DNA of 64,000 bases from a virus (IMGVR_UViG_2791355228_000001:4034-68033); one strand, 5' to 3'. Counted from the stretch's first letter, positions 48,619-58,099 are shown. Notes: generated by a model not told the origin, from the letters alone. Translations and numbers: made by a program.

Positions 48619-49491
48619 TTATTCCGTTGGTGGATTGGTCATGGAGCGTTTCAGTTGCACCACCCTACGCACGAACATCCGCCCGGCTTCCGTCCATACG
48701 GTCGTAAGGAACAACCCCGTGCGCCCGTCCTTGCGCTGGTAGGTGTGTTCACGTGTCTTTACAAATCCTTTTGCTTGGTACTTGGCATACAGAAACCACT
48801 GGCTGCCATGCTTGAACATCACCCCGGCATCGTTGAGCAGCTTGTGCAAGGCTTGTGCGCTCATGCCGAGTTCCTTTGCTATCTGCGTGGAAGTAAACGT
48901 GTCGTAGCTGTCAAGCACGTTTTGCGCATACTCCACCAACGGGGCTTGTTCACGCATGATTTCATCCTGTCTGTCTTTCAGTTTCAGCAAGCGGCGGTTT
49001 TCGGAATGGTAGGCTTTCTTCTGATCTTCCAGCACGGCAATCTGTTTGTTGGCGGCTTTCAGTGCCTTGCGTTCCTCTTTCAGTGCCGTAAGAAGCCGTA
49101 TCGCATTGTCCGGGTCGGCAAGCACGCTGTCTATGGTCTGGGGCGTGGCTGTTACTCCGTACTTCATCAACTCTTTAATACGATCGTTGCACCAAATGGC
49201 GAATTGGGGACTGAGCCAACGGGCGAACTCTAACGCAACATCTTCGTGAAGCCATGTGCCTTGTGCGTTTTTATCGTTTCCACCCTTTATAACTCTCACT
49301 AAATCAGCCGAACTTAAATTTCTAAGTTCGGCTAATTCTTTCAAAAAGCCTTTAGTGTATTGGTTATTGAGCCAAAACACGGGTTGCTTTCCGAAAGGCT
49401 TAGCCATTTCCGTAGCGTTAACCATTGTAGCCTCTCCTATCTGGAATGTGACGGGGCTACCCTCGTAGATAAATGTCTTGCTGTTATCCAT
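48619..49491 (-). CDS. Antirepressor (KilA-N + KilAC)
   Basis: MVNATEMAKPFGK...QGTWLHEDVALEFARWLSP; TQIAKELGMSA...WTEAGRMF. Start set at MDNSKTF. Confidence 0.92.
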   Translation of the reverse strand: MDNSKTFIYEGSPVTFQIGEATMVNATEMAKPFGKQPVFWLNNQYTKGFLKELAELRNLSSADLVRVIKGGNDKNAQGTWLHEDVALEFARWLSPQFAIWCNDRIKELMKYGVTATPQTIDSVLADPDNAIRLLTALKEERKALKAANKQIAVLEDQKKAYHSENRRLLKLKDRQDEIMREQAPLVEYAQNVLDSYDTFTSTQIAKELGMSAQALHKLLNDAGVMFKHGSQWFLYAKYQAKGFVKTREHTYQRKDGRTGLFLTTVWTEAGRMFVRRVVQLKRSMTNPPTE

Positions 49492-49765
49492 TGTTAGTGT
49501 CCCTTTTAGCGTTGATAACAGCATACCCCATAATGGGGGCAAGATCTTCCAGAATTTCAATCGTACATTGCTCCGTTCTTCGGATTTCATTGTTGAACAA
49601 ATCGGCAATGAACGGCATTTCAAAGAGATCGTAAATGCGCTTCTGCAAGTTGAGTGCAGCCTGTATGGATTCCTCAATTTCTTTGCAATAGTCCGTTTGG
49701 TGGACTGTCCCTGTCTGGTTGTTACTGTTTTTCACTTCCAGACCTTCTTGTGTAGATTTGAGCAT
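49484..49765 (-). CDS. Small protein translationally coupled to the antirepressor
   Basis: 93 aa; its stop overlaps the antirepressor ATG. Confidence 0.6.
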   Translation of the reverse strand: MLKSTQEGLEVKNSNNQTGTVHQTDYCKEIEESIQAALNLQKRIYDLFEMPFIADLFNNEIRRTEQCTIEILEDLAPIMGYAVINAKRDTNNG

Positions 49766-49794
49766 AACTTATAAAGTCTGTTAGTGGGAAAATG

Positions 49795-49975
49795 AAAAAC
49801 GGCTTCCATCTTTCCCGTTGCTCTACACCTACACAGGCAGTGGGCGCATTAACGACACCACACGGGGGTATGAAAGCCGTATATCGGAATAGTCTTACGA
49901 CACGTATAGACATAAAAAATGCCTAACCGATATGTTGGCAGGCTGGACAACCCACCTGTGTATATGTAGAGCATT
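49795..49975 (-). ncRNA. c4-like structured RNA leader of the antirepressor operon
   Basis: 19-nt inverted repeat (49819-49837 / 49955-49973) plus nested hairpins with T-tracts. Confidence 0.5.
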
Positions 49976-50071
49976 GCAAAGGTGGATTATTCTTTTGACA
50001 CTTGCAAATTTTACCGGGTGAATTTTTGATTTTGAGTGTAATATGTGTTATATAAACACAGTAAGATCGAG

Positions 50072-50512
50072 CTATTCCTTCATTAACTTATGTAGTTTTT
50101 CAAGGCGTTCAATATATTCGGGATATTCTCCAAATACGTCTAAAGCTCGTTCTATAACTCGTTCCTCATTTTCATAATCTTTAGATTTTCTATATAACAC
50201 CATTAGGCGTTTATATGAATGGTGGGCTGGAAAACCTGTTTCTATATTCTTTTCGTATGTAGAGATTGCTTGTTTTAGCTTGCCGGATTTTTCGTATTCA
50301 ATACCCTTATTATTGAGTTGAGCCGTTTTATTGAGTATGCGTAGCCTTTCTTTCTCTTCATCCTTTCTCCTTTGAAGTTCCTGTAACGTACCGACTGGCA
50401 CATTTACATACTTAGCTCCTTGCATTTCATAATTAACTAATTGTATATATGTATCGGTGTCTATTAAATGCCCGTAGCCAAGCAGTTTCTTCAATGATAC
50501 TTTCTCTGTCAT
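50072..50512 (-). CDS. TPR-containing protein
   Basis: NNKGIEYEKSG...AISTYE...SYKRLMVLYRK. Confidence 0.7.
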   Translation of the reverse strand: MTEKVSLKKLLGYGHLIDTDTYIQLVNYEMQGAKYVNVPVGTLQELQRRKDEEKERLRILNKTAQLNNKGIEYEKSGKLKQAISTYEKNIETGFPAHHSYKRLMVLYRKSKDYENEERVIERALDVFGEYPEYIERLEKLHKLMKE

Positions 50513-50527
50513 TACTTGGTATTTAGA

Positions 50528-51055
50528 TTACAAATCATCTACTGCATTAAGAGTTTTCTTATGTTCGCTGTTACTTTTTTGGGAATCAAGTTCCATGTCC
50601 GTAAATGTGGCAAAAATCCATTTGTCCAGTTTCTCTCCGTAGAAATATAGCTTAACCTTTTTGTTTGGAGAAAACCAAAAGTACTTATCCATATATTGAT
50701 TGGGTCTATGGCTCCATCTTCCATAAGCTGCCAGAAACACATTCAGCATCTTATATGAGTACTCAGATTTTGCCATCGGGCTTATTGATAAGATTCTGCC
50801 ATTGTAGGTTTTGATTAAAATCATGGATAATTTTATCTCATCTCCTATTTTTAATAAGGTGGTATCGGTGGCTGAATAGGTGTCATTGCTGCCTTTAACC
50901 AGTTCTATTTTATCTGAATACTTCGATATGCTGTCTCCAAGTATAAAATACTTGAATCCGTTTTTCGCTTCAAGGTTTTCTGAGCTTCCAATTTGCGCAA
51001 CCGCATTTCCTGTTGTCAAAGCTATCAGGCAAAGCACGAATAAAAACTTTCTCAT
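50528..51055 (-). CDS. Secreted hypothetical protein
   Basis: Signal peptide ending AVAQ; AT-rich moron. Confidence 0.65.
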   Translation of the reverse strand: MRKFLFVLCLIALTTGNAVAQIGSSENLEAKNGFKYFILGDSISKYSDKIELVKGSNDTYSATDTTLLKIGDEIKLSMILIKTYNGRILSISPMAKSEYSYKMLNVFLAAYGRWSHRPNQYMDKYFWFSPNKKVKLYFYGEKLDKWIFATFTDMELDSQKSNSEHKKTLNAVDDL

Positions 51056-51058
51056 AGA

Positions 51059-51598
51059 TTATTTGTTTTGTTGAGCGGGTACAACGATCGTGTCATTAGG
51101 GGTACTTTTGACTACTTCCAGTTTGGCACTTCCGCTGCCTCCTATGGTAAACGTGTATTGATGTTCGGAGAATTTGAGCAGAAAGACAATGGCACACATG
51201 ATGAGCATAAACGCAAATGCTCCTACGATATTTTGCAATACATTCCAAGAGAACGATTTTACGGTGGTTTTTCCCACAATGCCCATCAACTCCTTTTTAT
51301 AATCGTTTTCCAAATCTTTCTCTACCTGTTTAATGGTAGACGAAAGCGTATCATCCAAAAAGCCTTGCAAGATGTTGAGGGCTTGCATCTTGTATCGGTT
51401 TATATTAGCTTCCATACAGCAAATGTCGTGGAATGGCTGAAAGTCTGCTTCCGTTGGTTCGCTGCCATTGTGCTTTGCCTTAAAGTCCTCAATAAAGTTT
51501 ATTTTGTCTGCCTTATATAAAGAATAAGCGATATTGCCCACAATATCGCTCTCATCTTCCACCAGTTGCTTGTATATAAAGTTATATTGTCTTGCCAT
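51059..51598 (-). CDS. Hypothetical protein with C-terminal TM helix
   Basis: 179 aa, YNFIYKQLVE..DIVG.IAYSLYK. Confidence 0.65.
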   Translation of the reverse strand: MARQYNFIYKQLVEDESDIVGNIAYSLYKADKINFIEDFKAKHNGSEPTEADFQPFHDICCMEANINRYKMQALNILQGFLDDTLSSTIKQVEKDLENDYKKELMGIVGKTTVKSFSWNVLQNIVGAFAFMLIMCAIVFLLKFSEHQYTFTIGGSGSAKLEVVKSTPNDTIVVPAQQNK

Positions 51599-51797
51599 TC
51601 CTTACTGCTTTAAATGAACGACTGTAGGATTCTTGCATTCTCCGTACATCTACCTTTTGGGAATATACCACGCCACGATAGCGGGCAGATACTGTTATAG
51701 CACCGTCCACAACGGGGGAAGAGCAATCATGCACTCTGCCACGTTTCATTGTCTTTTCATTCGCCCGGATAACCGTTTCTTTAGATATTCTGCACAT
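51582..51797 (-). CDS. Small hypothetical protein
   Basis: 71 aa, overlaps the next gene. Confidence 0.5.
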   Translation of the reverse strand: MCRISKETVIRANEKTMKRGRVHDCSSPVVDGAITVSARYRGVVYSQKVDVRRMQESYSRSFKAVRNGKTI

Positions 51798-51960
51798 GAT
51801 ACAAATTTTTAGTCCGCTAAGATAGTTTATTTCTTTCTAAATGTAGGCATCCAGCGTTGCGTTTTTTCAGTTATGATACAATTATGTGTTTTACAAACAC
51901 ACGGATTGTGCATATTACATATACCAAATATCCGCATTGTGTATGTTACAAATGACACAT

Positions 51961-52842
51961 TTACTTGCTTTCTTTAATAAAGTCTTTCAAATCCTTTATC
52001 ACATCTTCTATGTTGCTGATTTGCGGTTGCGACACCAAAAGATTCAGCTTGTAGCGCAAATCCTGTACCCTATTCATTGAAATGGAGTTGAGAATATAGG
52101 TCAGCACCAGCAATCCGCCCGCCAAATCGTGCAACCTGTTTCCTTTCAGTTCCGCTATCGGGCCTTTGCGGATGCGTTTTTGCAGCTTCAAATCGTAGAT
52201 GTTATGACCATGCGCACACAGGTTGCGTATCACTCGCAACGTACCCATGTAGTTTTCAAACACATCTACGTTCCTTATATTATAATGTAGGGCTATCGCT
52301 TCTTTCAGCGTCTGGTCTTTCAGGCTGGAGTACAAGTAGAGAATATCCCCGAATGTCATATACTCCAATGTTTTCCATGCCGGGGCGTATATGTCGTTGA
52401 TGTACTTGCTATGGTGGTGCTTGATAGCCTCATTCTTGCATATCGTCTTATAGCAATTAGGCAGATAGGCTACAAAGTCACTGCTTACAATCCGTGGATC
52501 GGCAAACCATGTGGGATTGTTCTTGTATCTGTTGGAAACCGTGTAAGTGAGGAATGTGCGGAAGTTAACCTCTATCCGATACAGGTAAGGGGCGATGATG
52601 CTTCTTATGTCGTGGTCGAAATAATAGAGCGTAACCACATTTTCAAAAGAGGTGTTATCCTTAAACTTATGGTTGCGGTTGTTCTTTGCCGGATAGGTAC
52701 GCTCGTATGGAAACCAGTAAAAGCCCAATCGGTAATAACCAATATCCAGCAAGATTTCCTTAGCCTTTTCCTCATTGGGAAACTCCATGCCCCTGCTATG
52801 GAGCAACTGAATTTGTTCTTCTATTGTTGTTGCGGTTTTCAT
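51961..52842 (-). CDS. Abi_2 (AbiD/AbiF-family) HEPN protein
   Basis: TIEEQIQLLHSRG, IGYYRL..Y, LYYFD..R, P.WK.LEYMTFG, HEPN-type RNLCAH. Confidence 0.9.
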   Translation of the reverse strand: MKTATTIEEQIQLLHSRGMEFPNEEKAKEILLDIGYYRLGFYWFPYERTYPAKNNRNHKFKDNTSFENVVTLYYFDHDIRSIIAPYLYRIEVNFRTFLTYTVSNRYKNNPTWFADPRIVSSDFVAYLPNCYKTICKNEAIKHHHSKYINDIYAPAWKTLEYMTFGDILYLYSSLKDQTLKEAIALHYNIRNVDVFENYMGTLRVIRNLCAHGHNIYDLKLQKRIRKGPIAELKGNRLHDLAGGLLVLTYILNSISMNRVQDLRYKLNLLVSQPQISNIEDVIKDLKDFIKESK

Positions 52843-52858
52843 TCATTTGTCTTTTAAT

Positions 52859-52940
52859 GAAAAAGGGACACCGCAAAGGGCATCCCTAAAGTTCCTTATT
52901 ATAGTGCAAGGAGTACAGCTTGTGCATTCCGGCACTTTTT
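52859..52940 (-). ncRNA. Putative AbiF-associated antitoxin RNA / terminated leader
   Basis: TATATTTG -7 element (52954-52947), two hairpins, then a terminator hairpin with a T-tract just before the AbiF start. Confidence 0.6.
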
Positions 52941-53032
52941 ACGTTGCAAATATAGATATATTGCCTCAATAAAAAAAGTATTTGGCTCGCAAATTTTGGT
53001 TCGTTGGTTGATTATGTGTCCAAGAAACACAC

Positions 53033-53242
53033 CTATTCACCCGGCTCTCCCAAAAACTTCAATATCGCCTCGTGCTGTAGTGGTGTCAGTATGCGTTGCC
53101 CTTTCTGGAAACAAAGCTCATCCAGCCGCTCCCTTAACGGGGTGCAAAGGATGATCCACCGCCGGAGTTGCGTTACGGCACTCCGCTTGGTGGAGTTCGG
53201 GAAGTATTGGCAGGCGAGTTCGCCCATTCTGATTGCTTTCAT
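53033..53242 (-). CDS. DUF4248-family protein
   Basis: ELACQYFP....SA...LRRWI...LTP.Q...I...LGEP. Confidence 0.85.
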   Translation of the reverse strand: MKAIRMGELACQYFPNSTKRSAVTQLRRWIILCTPLRERLDELCFQKGQRILTPLQHEAILKFLGEPGE

Positions 53243-53265
53243 ACGCTCGTTCTAAGATAAAAAAT

Positions 53266-53355
53266 TACCCTATAGTAAATGTTGCGTTACTATAGGGTAG
53301 TCGTTCAATTACTATATAGTAGTTCACTCTTCACTATGCAATGGCTATGTAGTGA
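53266..53355. repeat. Cluster of ACTAT..TAGT palindromes
   Basis: Perfect 13-bp inverted repeat 53266-53278 / 53287-53299; TACTATATAGTA at 53310; a related hairpin at 53331-53355. Confidence 0.75.
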
Positions 53356-53823
53356 TTATCCCAACGGGTTCTCTTCATAGTCGGATGAATCATCTTCATC
53401 TTCGGAAGTGTTGCCGCTGCTTTCGCTCTTCTTGGGTACTTTCTTGAAAGTAAGGGTGTCAAGGTTTTGCACCTCTCTCAACAATGCGCCCGGTCGGAAC
53501 TGGATGTTTACTTTGGTGATGCACGCAGGGGTAAACTCCTTTTCGGTTTCTGTGCCCTCGCTGCATATCTGAAACTGGAAGTTGCCGAACTTTTCCAGCT
53601 TCACAATCTTGCCGCTTTTCAGGTGGCGTTTCATCTGCTTGATGAGCGCACGAAGCACGTTCAAGATGTCCCCGTCCGTGAGGGTCGTTGCATAACTGAT
53701 TTCTTCTGCCAGATCGTCCATATCCACTATGCCGCTGGCTTGCATCTTCGCATAATACTTTGGCGGCTCGCTTTGCTTCATAGGGTTCTTCATTGCCGCT
53801 ACTGAATAATTGATTTCTGCCAT
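53356..53823 (-). CDS. Bacteroidetes HU/histone-like DNA-binding protein
   Basis: KYYA...LAEEI....TLT.GD..VL..L...G.IVKL..FGNF...IQFRPG; acidic tail ending ENPLG. Confidence 0.88.
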   Translation of the reverse strand: MAEINYSVAAMKNPMKQSEPPKYYAKMQASGIVDMDDLAEEISYATTLTDGDILNVLRALIKQMKRHLKSGKIVKLEKFGNFQFQICSEGTETEKEFTPACITKVNIQFRPGALLREVQNLDTLTFKKVPKKSESSGNTSEDEDDSSDYEENPLG

Positions 53824-54089
53824 TTCTGTAACATTTCACTTGGTTAATACTCTTGTTGTTTCCTATGCCATTGCACACCGCAAAAGTACGGCTGTGCCGA
53901 CACGCAGAGTTGACGAAATGGCATTTACAGGGTGAATTTACGGAAATATTTTCTGCATACTGAGAAAAACAGGCATTTTAAGGCTAAAAAATCTTCTTTA
54001 TGTGTTCAACAAACACATATATACAGAATTATTTTCTATATTTGCGCTGTAGAAGTCACATATTAACGGACTATAAATGCAATTCAAGT

Positions 54090-54704
54090 ATGAATAAGAA
54101 ACTCTTTGAAAAGGTCAAGGACTTGTGTAAGGACACTGGTCTATCGGAGAAGTACCTTAAAGCGATAACCGAAAAATTGGGTGGCAGCATTGAGGATGAT
54201 TCGACCGATGATGCAGCGATTGAAACGACTGCAAACCTGATAGCTGACGTGGCTACTGAAAGTCAGGGAGAAGCTACCAGATGGGCAAACAAGAAAAAGG
54301 ATGATTCCAAGAAAGGGAAAAAGGACGGAGAAGATGACGATCCAGACGATAAGGGCGGCAAAGGCTCTGGCGATGATCCCAACAAAAAGGATGATCCTAA
54401 TGAGAAGCGGATTAAGGCTCTGGAAGAGAAGTTGGCTAAGTATGAGGCTGACGAAAACAAGGCAAAGCGCATGGCGGATATTAACGCTGCTATGGCAAAG
54501 CACAAGATTCCGGCTAAGTTCCGTGATCGCTTCGCCAAGTCCATATCCGATGATGAGGATATAGAAGAGGCTGTGGCAAATCTCAAACAAGACTTCATTA
54601 CGGCAGGTCTTGCGCCTGATGATTCAGAGGGTTCTAAAGCGGCAAGCGAAAAACAGATAGATGAAGCTGCTGATAGCTTGCTGGAATCAATCACTGTTAA
54701 ATAA
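54090..54704 (+). CDS. Head scaffolding protein (putative)
   Basis: Charged low-complexity 204 aa ORF before the capsid genes. Confidence 0.65.
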   Translation: MNKKLFEKVKDLCKDTGLSEKYLKAITEKLGGSIEDDSTDDAAIETTANLIADVATESQGEATRWANKKKDDSKKGKKDGEDDDPDDKGGKGSGDDPNKKDDPNEKRIKALEEKLAKYEADENKAKRMADINAAMAKHKIPAKFRDRFAKSISDDEDIEEAVANLKQDFITAGLAPDDSEGSKAASEKQIDEAADSLLESITVK

Positions 54705-54711
54705 AATCGCA

Positions 54712-55350
54712 ATGAAAAGGAAAAAGCACTCATTTACAGGGGAACGCCCGATATTTACGGGTAGTCCCTCTATTGTGCAAGGCGGTTTCAATCTGGATGT
54801 CACCAAACAGCGTTTCAATGTTGGTGACACTATCCCGGCTGGAACTCTTGCAATCTACGATGAGCAAACCCGGCTCGTTAGCGTGGTGAAAACCGCTAAG
54901 GTGGTGGAGGTAGATAGCGATGATAAGAAGATCGTTCGCTTGCTGGTGGATGAGTTTTTTGCTCCTTGCTTCGCTGTTGGCGATAAGGTGGCTAAGGCTG
55001 GTGCTATTTCTGGCACTTTTGCCAGTGCTGTTTCTATCTCCAAGATTGAGGCTAAGAACGAAAAATACATTATCACGCTATCTGGTGAAATCACCGGGCT
55101 TGCTAAGGATGATGTACTGGTGGAGGTGGTGGAAAAATCTTCCAATGCCGCTGAAATCGGTGAGGCTAACGCTGTAACTATCTACGATGTGGAGGTAAGC
55201 GAGTTTGAAACTGGCATTGATGTGTCGGCAGATACAATGCAATACGCAATGTATGAAAGGCGTGTTCCGCCTATCCCGGCAAGCCAGAAAGACACTACAG
55301 GAAAGTTCCTGAAAGCCAATCCGCACGTTAAACTCACTCAATCATTCTAA
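54712..55350 (+). CDS. Head decoration/structural protein (putative)
   Basis: GGFNLD...IPAGT motif; lies between scaffold and capsid genes. Confidence 0.6.
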   Translation: MKRKKHSFTGERPIFTGSPSIVQGGFNLDVTKQRFNVGDTIPAGTLAIYDEQTRLVSVVKTAKVVEVDSDDKKIVRLLVDEFFAPCFAVGDKVAKAGAISGTFASAVSISKIEAKNEKYIITLSGEITGLAKDDVLVEVVEKSSNAAEIGEANAVTIYDVEVSEFETGIDVSADTMQYAMYERRVPPIPASQKDTTGKFLKANPHVKLTQSF

Positions 55351-55367
55351 AGAAAGGAGGATAACGC

Positions 55368-56603
55368 ATGAAATCAATTTATTCAAAATTCAAAGGTCTG
55401 TACAAGGATGGTAGACCCATTGACTTTCTGGCAACGTGGCGCAAGGCTTTCGATAAGGCTTCTGAAAGGGAAGTAGCCTTGTTCCAGAAGATGTACTCCG
55501 ATAACTGGTTTACCTACAATACCCCTCAAATGTCACTGACAGCGGAGGGAATTATGGGCAAGTATCGGTTGCGCTTCATGGCTACGCTGCTTGCTGATGA
55601 ATCACCTACCCCTCAAAGACGCTCTGACGGCTTCGATATTTGGACTAAGGAGATACCCCGTGTGGGTCACAAGTTCTTTATGCCAGCCCGTACCTATCGC
55701 AAGCTGATGGAAGTTTACGAGAATCCCCGTCTTTCGGAGGCTCAAAAGGTTAGGGAGATCGAAAAGACGCTCAAAGCGGATGTGCAGGATGCTTATCTGG
55801 GCTGCAAAGATGTCATGGACTTCATTGCGCTTATGGCATTCTCCAACTGGGGTGTTGCACAGTTCAAACCAGCTATCAACAATCCGGGTGGTAGGGAGTT
55901 TGAGATCGACTACAACATGGATGAGGCTAACAAGCTCGTTTCGGCTTTCAACTGGACTACGGCAAACACTAAGGCAGGCAAGTTAAGCCCCGTTCTGATG
56001 CTTGCTGCCATTTGTGCCGATCTTCGCCAAAGGGGGATTGAGCCGGGCGAAATCCTGATGTCTCAGGATCTCTACTACTGGTTGCGTATGGATCAGACCA
56101 CACGCTTGCTGGTGCATGGAAACGACAAACAGGCGCAGACCGTCACCAAAACCCAACTTGAAAGCCTTTTTGGTGAAAACGAAATCCCGAACATTACGGT
56201 TGTCACCCGTAAGATGGGACAGGACAAGGACGGTAAGCGTGGATCTGTTGAGCCGTGGAATCACAACTTTATCTGTATCAAGCCAGCCGGAGTTATCGGT
56301 GAAATCCAGCCGTCTATTGAGGACAGCGAACTCATGGAAGAGGACGATGTGGACTACATGAACGCTGGTAACGGAATCCGTATCGCCAAGTGGCGTACTG
56401 GTGAATCCACTGGTCAGGTAGCAGGTGAAGTTACGCAAGGATCTGGACGCTTGCTGCCTATCATTACGGATATTAATGCCATTATCTGTATGCAGGTAAG
56501 AGGCATTTCCGAAAAGACGATCCCGGCAGATGCCAACGGAAACGAGCGTATGTATTGCACCAAGCAGGAGTTTGAGGGCATTGATGCTCTTATGGAGGGC
56601 TAA
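55368..56603 (+). CDS. Major capsid protein
   Basis: 411 aa; DESPTP.R, EIPRVGHK, IDY.M; position in the head module. Confidence 0.75.
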   Translation: MKSIYSKFKGLYKDGRPIDFLATWRKAFDKASEREVALFQKMYSDNWFTYNTPQMSLTAEGIMGKYRLRFMATLLADESPTPQRRSDGFDIWTKEIPRVGHKFFMPARTYRKLMEVYENPRLSEAQKVREIEKTLKADVQDAYLGCKDVMDFIALMAFSNWGVAQFKPAINNPGGREFEIDYNMDEANKLVSAFNWTTANTKAGKLSPVLMLAAICADLRQRGIEPGEILMSQDLYYWLRMDQTTRLLVHGNDKQAQTVTKTQLESLFGENEIPNITVVTRKMGQDKDGKRGSVEPWNHNFICIKPAGVIGEIQPSIEDSELMEEDDVDYMNAGNGIRIAKWRTGESTGQVAGEVTQGSGRLLPIITDINAIICMQVRGISEKTIPADANGNERMYCTKQEFEGIDALMEG

Positions 56604-56606
56604 ACT

Positions 56607-56963
56607 ATGAAACTGGTAGTATTAAAGCCTTTCAGAGATAAGAATGATCACCAGACTATTTACAAGTCTGGCGATCTTCTTACCACAAACGACCTAAGCA
56701 GGGTAAACGACCTTGTGAAACGTGGTATGTGTGAGATTACTTCTGTTGATGATGGGAATGATGAAAAGGCTGATGAGAAGAAGCCTGAAACAATCTCATT
56801 CCAACAGAAAGAATACGGACTTGATGAGGTGAAAGCAGCACTTGAAGAAATCGGTAATCCAGCCGCCAAGAATGCCGGAGTAAAAGGTGTTTCAAAGAAA
56901 CTGGATGAACTGACGGAAGAGCAAGCCGCTTCACTCTCTGAAATACTAAACAAGGAGGTCTAA
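56607..56963 (+). CDS. Hypothetical head-associated protein
   Basis: VLKPFRDK...Y..GD motif common after capsid genes. Confidence 0.6.
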   Translation: MKLVVLKPFRDKNDHQTIYKSGDLLTTNDLSRVNDLVKRGMCEITSVDDGNDEKADEKKPETISFQQKEYGLDEVKAALEEIGNPAAKNAGVKGVSKKLDELTEEQAASLSEILNKEV

Positions 56964-56964
56964 G

Positions 56965-57300
56965 ATGGGTAATTTGACAAAATACGATGCTCTGATCGGT
57001 GAGCTTGAACCATATACGCCAAGTCCTCTTGCGCTGAAAAAGGCTCTTGCTGATGCGAATGTGGGCAATTCTGATGCCGAATACAATGCGGAAACGGATA
57101 GGAAACCTATTGCCATTGCCGCTATCAAGGTGCTAAAGAAAATGGTTGTCCTCACAAGTGACAGCATGGGCAAATCCTCACAAGGGTACAGCGTGGATGA
57201 GCTAAAGAAGCGTATCAAGGTTATTTGCAGTGAAAACGGTCTGGATGCCTCGGAGTTTGTCGAAGTCCCGTCTATCACGGACGGATCTAATATGTGGTAG
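56965..57300 (+). CDS. Head-tail adaptor (putative)
   Basis: 111 aa ending ITDGSNMW; position. Confidence 0.55.
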   Translation: MGNLTKYDALIGELEPYTPSPLALKKALADANVGNSDAEYNAETDRKPIAIAAIKVLKKMVVLTSDSMGKSSQGYSVDELKKRIKVICSENGLDASEFVEVPSITDGSNMW

Positions 57301-57302
57301 CC

Positions 57303-57632
57303 ATGAGATATAACGGTACTTTCAAATACAAGGAAATTCAGGATGAGCAAATAGATCCGAATACTGGGTTTATTGTTTCAGAGCCTCAAACGGGCGACTG
57401 GATGGACGGTTGCGAGTGCCAGATAGAAACATTCGTGCCAGCCAAACAAAAGATCGGTACAGACGGGCAAATGCACCAGTACACTTACGATGTACTTATA
57501 CCAAAGTGCTTCAAAGGAAATCTGGATATTGCAACGCCAGTACAGATCACAAGTGAGGATGGCAAGGTGGCAGTTTTCGAGATTCAAGGCGTGGATAATC
57601 TTAACAGAAGATACATTGAGATATGGGGATAG
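57303..57632 (+). CDS. Head closure protein (putative)
   Basis: 109 aa beta-rich; position. Confidence 0.5.
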   Translation: MRYNGTFKYKEIQDEQIDPNTGFIVSEPQTGDWMDGCECQIETFVPAKQKIGTDGQMHQYTYDVLIPKCFKGNLDIATPVQITSEDGKVAVFEIQGVDNLNRRYIEIWG

Positions 57633-58099
57633 CTCCGACTAACAATCATAGCAGTGTCATTTCAAAGGCGGTGGCAGCGTTTCAAGTAAGACTTGAAAAC
57701 GCCACACTATACCTATTGAAGTTTCTTGGCGAAAGCCTTGTGAAGTACGCTAAGGAGAAACACAGCTATACAGACAGGACGGGCAACCTCACAAACTCTA
57801 TATCCTATGCGATAGTGCGTAAAAAGAAACTGGAATACTTTAGTGGGGAAAACCAGCCTAACAATGAGGGAGCTAAAGCAAGCCTTAATGTGGCTATGCA
57901 GATGGCTAACAGCTTGCCGGACGCTTTCTCTCTCATTATAGTAGCCGGGATGAATTACGCAGCTTACGTTGAGGCTAAGGGTTACAATGTCATTCTTCCG
58001 GCAGAACTGAAAGCCAAAAAGGATTTTCCAGCCGCAATGAATCAACTTATGGCAAAAGCCAAATCAAAGGCAAATGAATTGTTCGGAGGTGTGTTATGA
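57623..58099 (+). CDS. HK97 gp10-like neck/tail completion protein
   Basis: YTDRTGNLTNSI, VAGMNYAAYVEAKG. Confidence 0.75.
   Translation: MGIAPTNNHSSVISKAVAAFQVRLENATLYLLKFLGESLVKYAKEKHSYTDRTGNLTNSISYAIVRKKKLEYFSGENQPNNEGAKASLNVAMQMANSLPDAFSLIIVAGMNYAAYVEAKGYNVILPAELKAKKDFPAAMNQLMAKAKSKANELFGGVL

Noticed and set aside
49492..49677. 62-aa N-terminal extension of the antirepressor in the ORF track
   Set aside because: It overlaps the upstream 93 aa ORF; the KilA-N domain starts at the coupled ATG at 49491.
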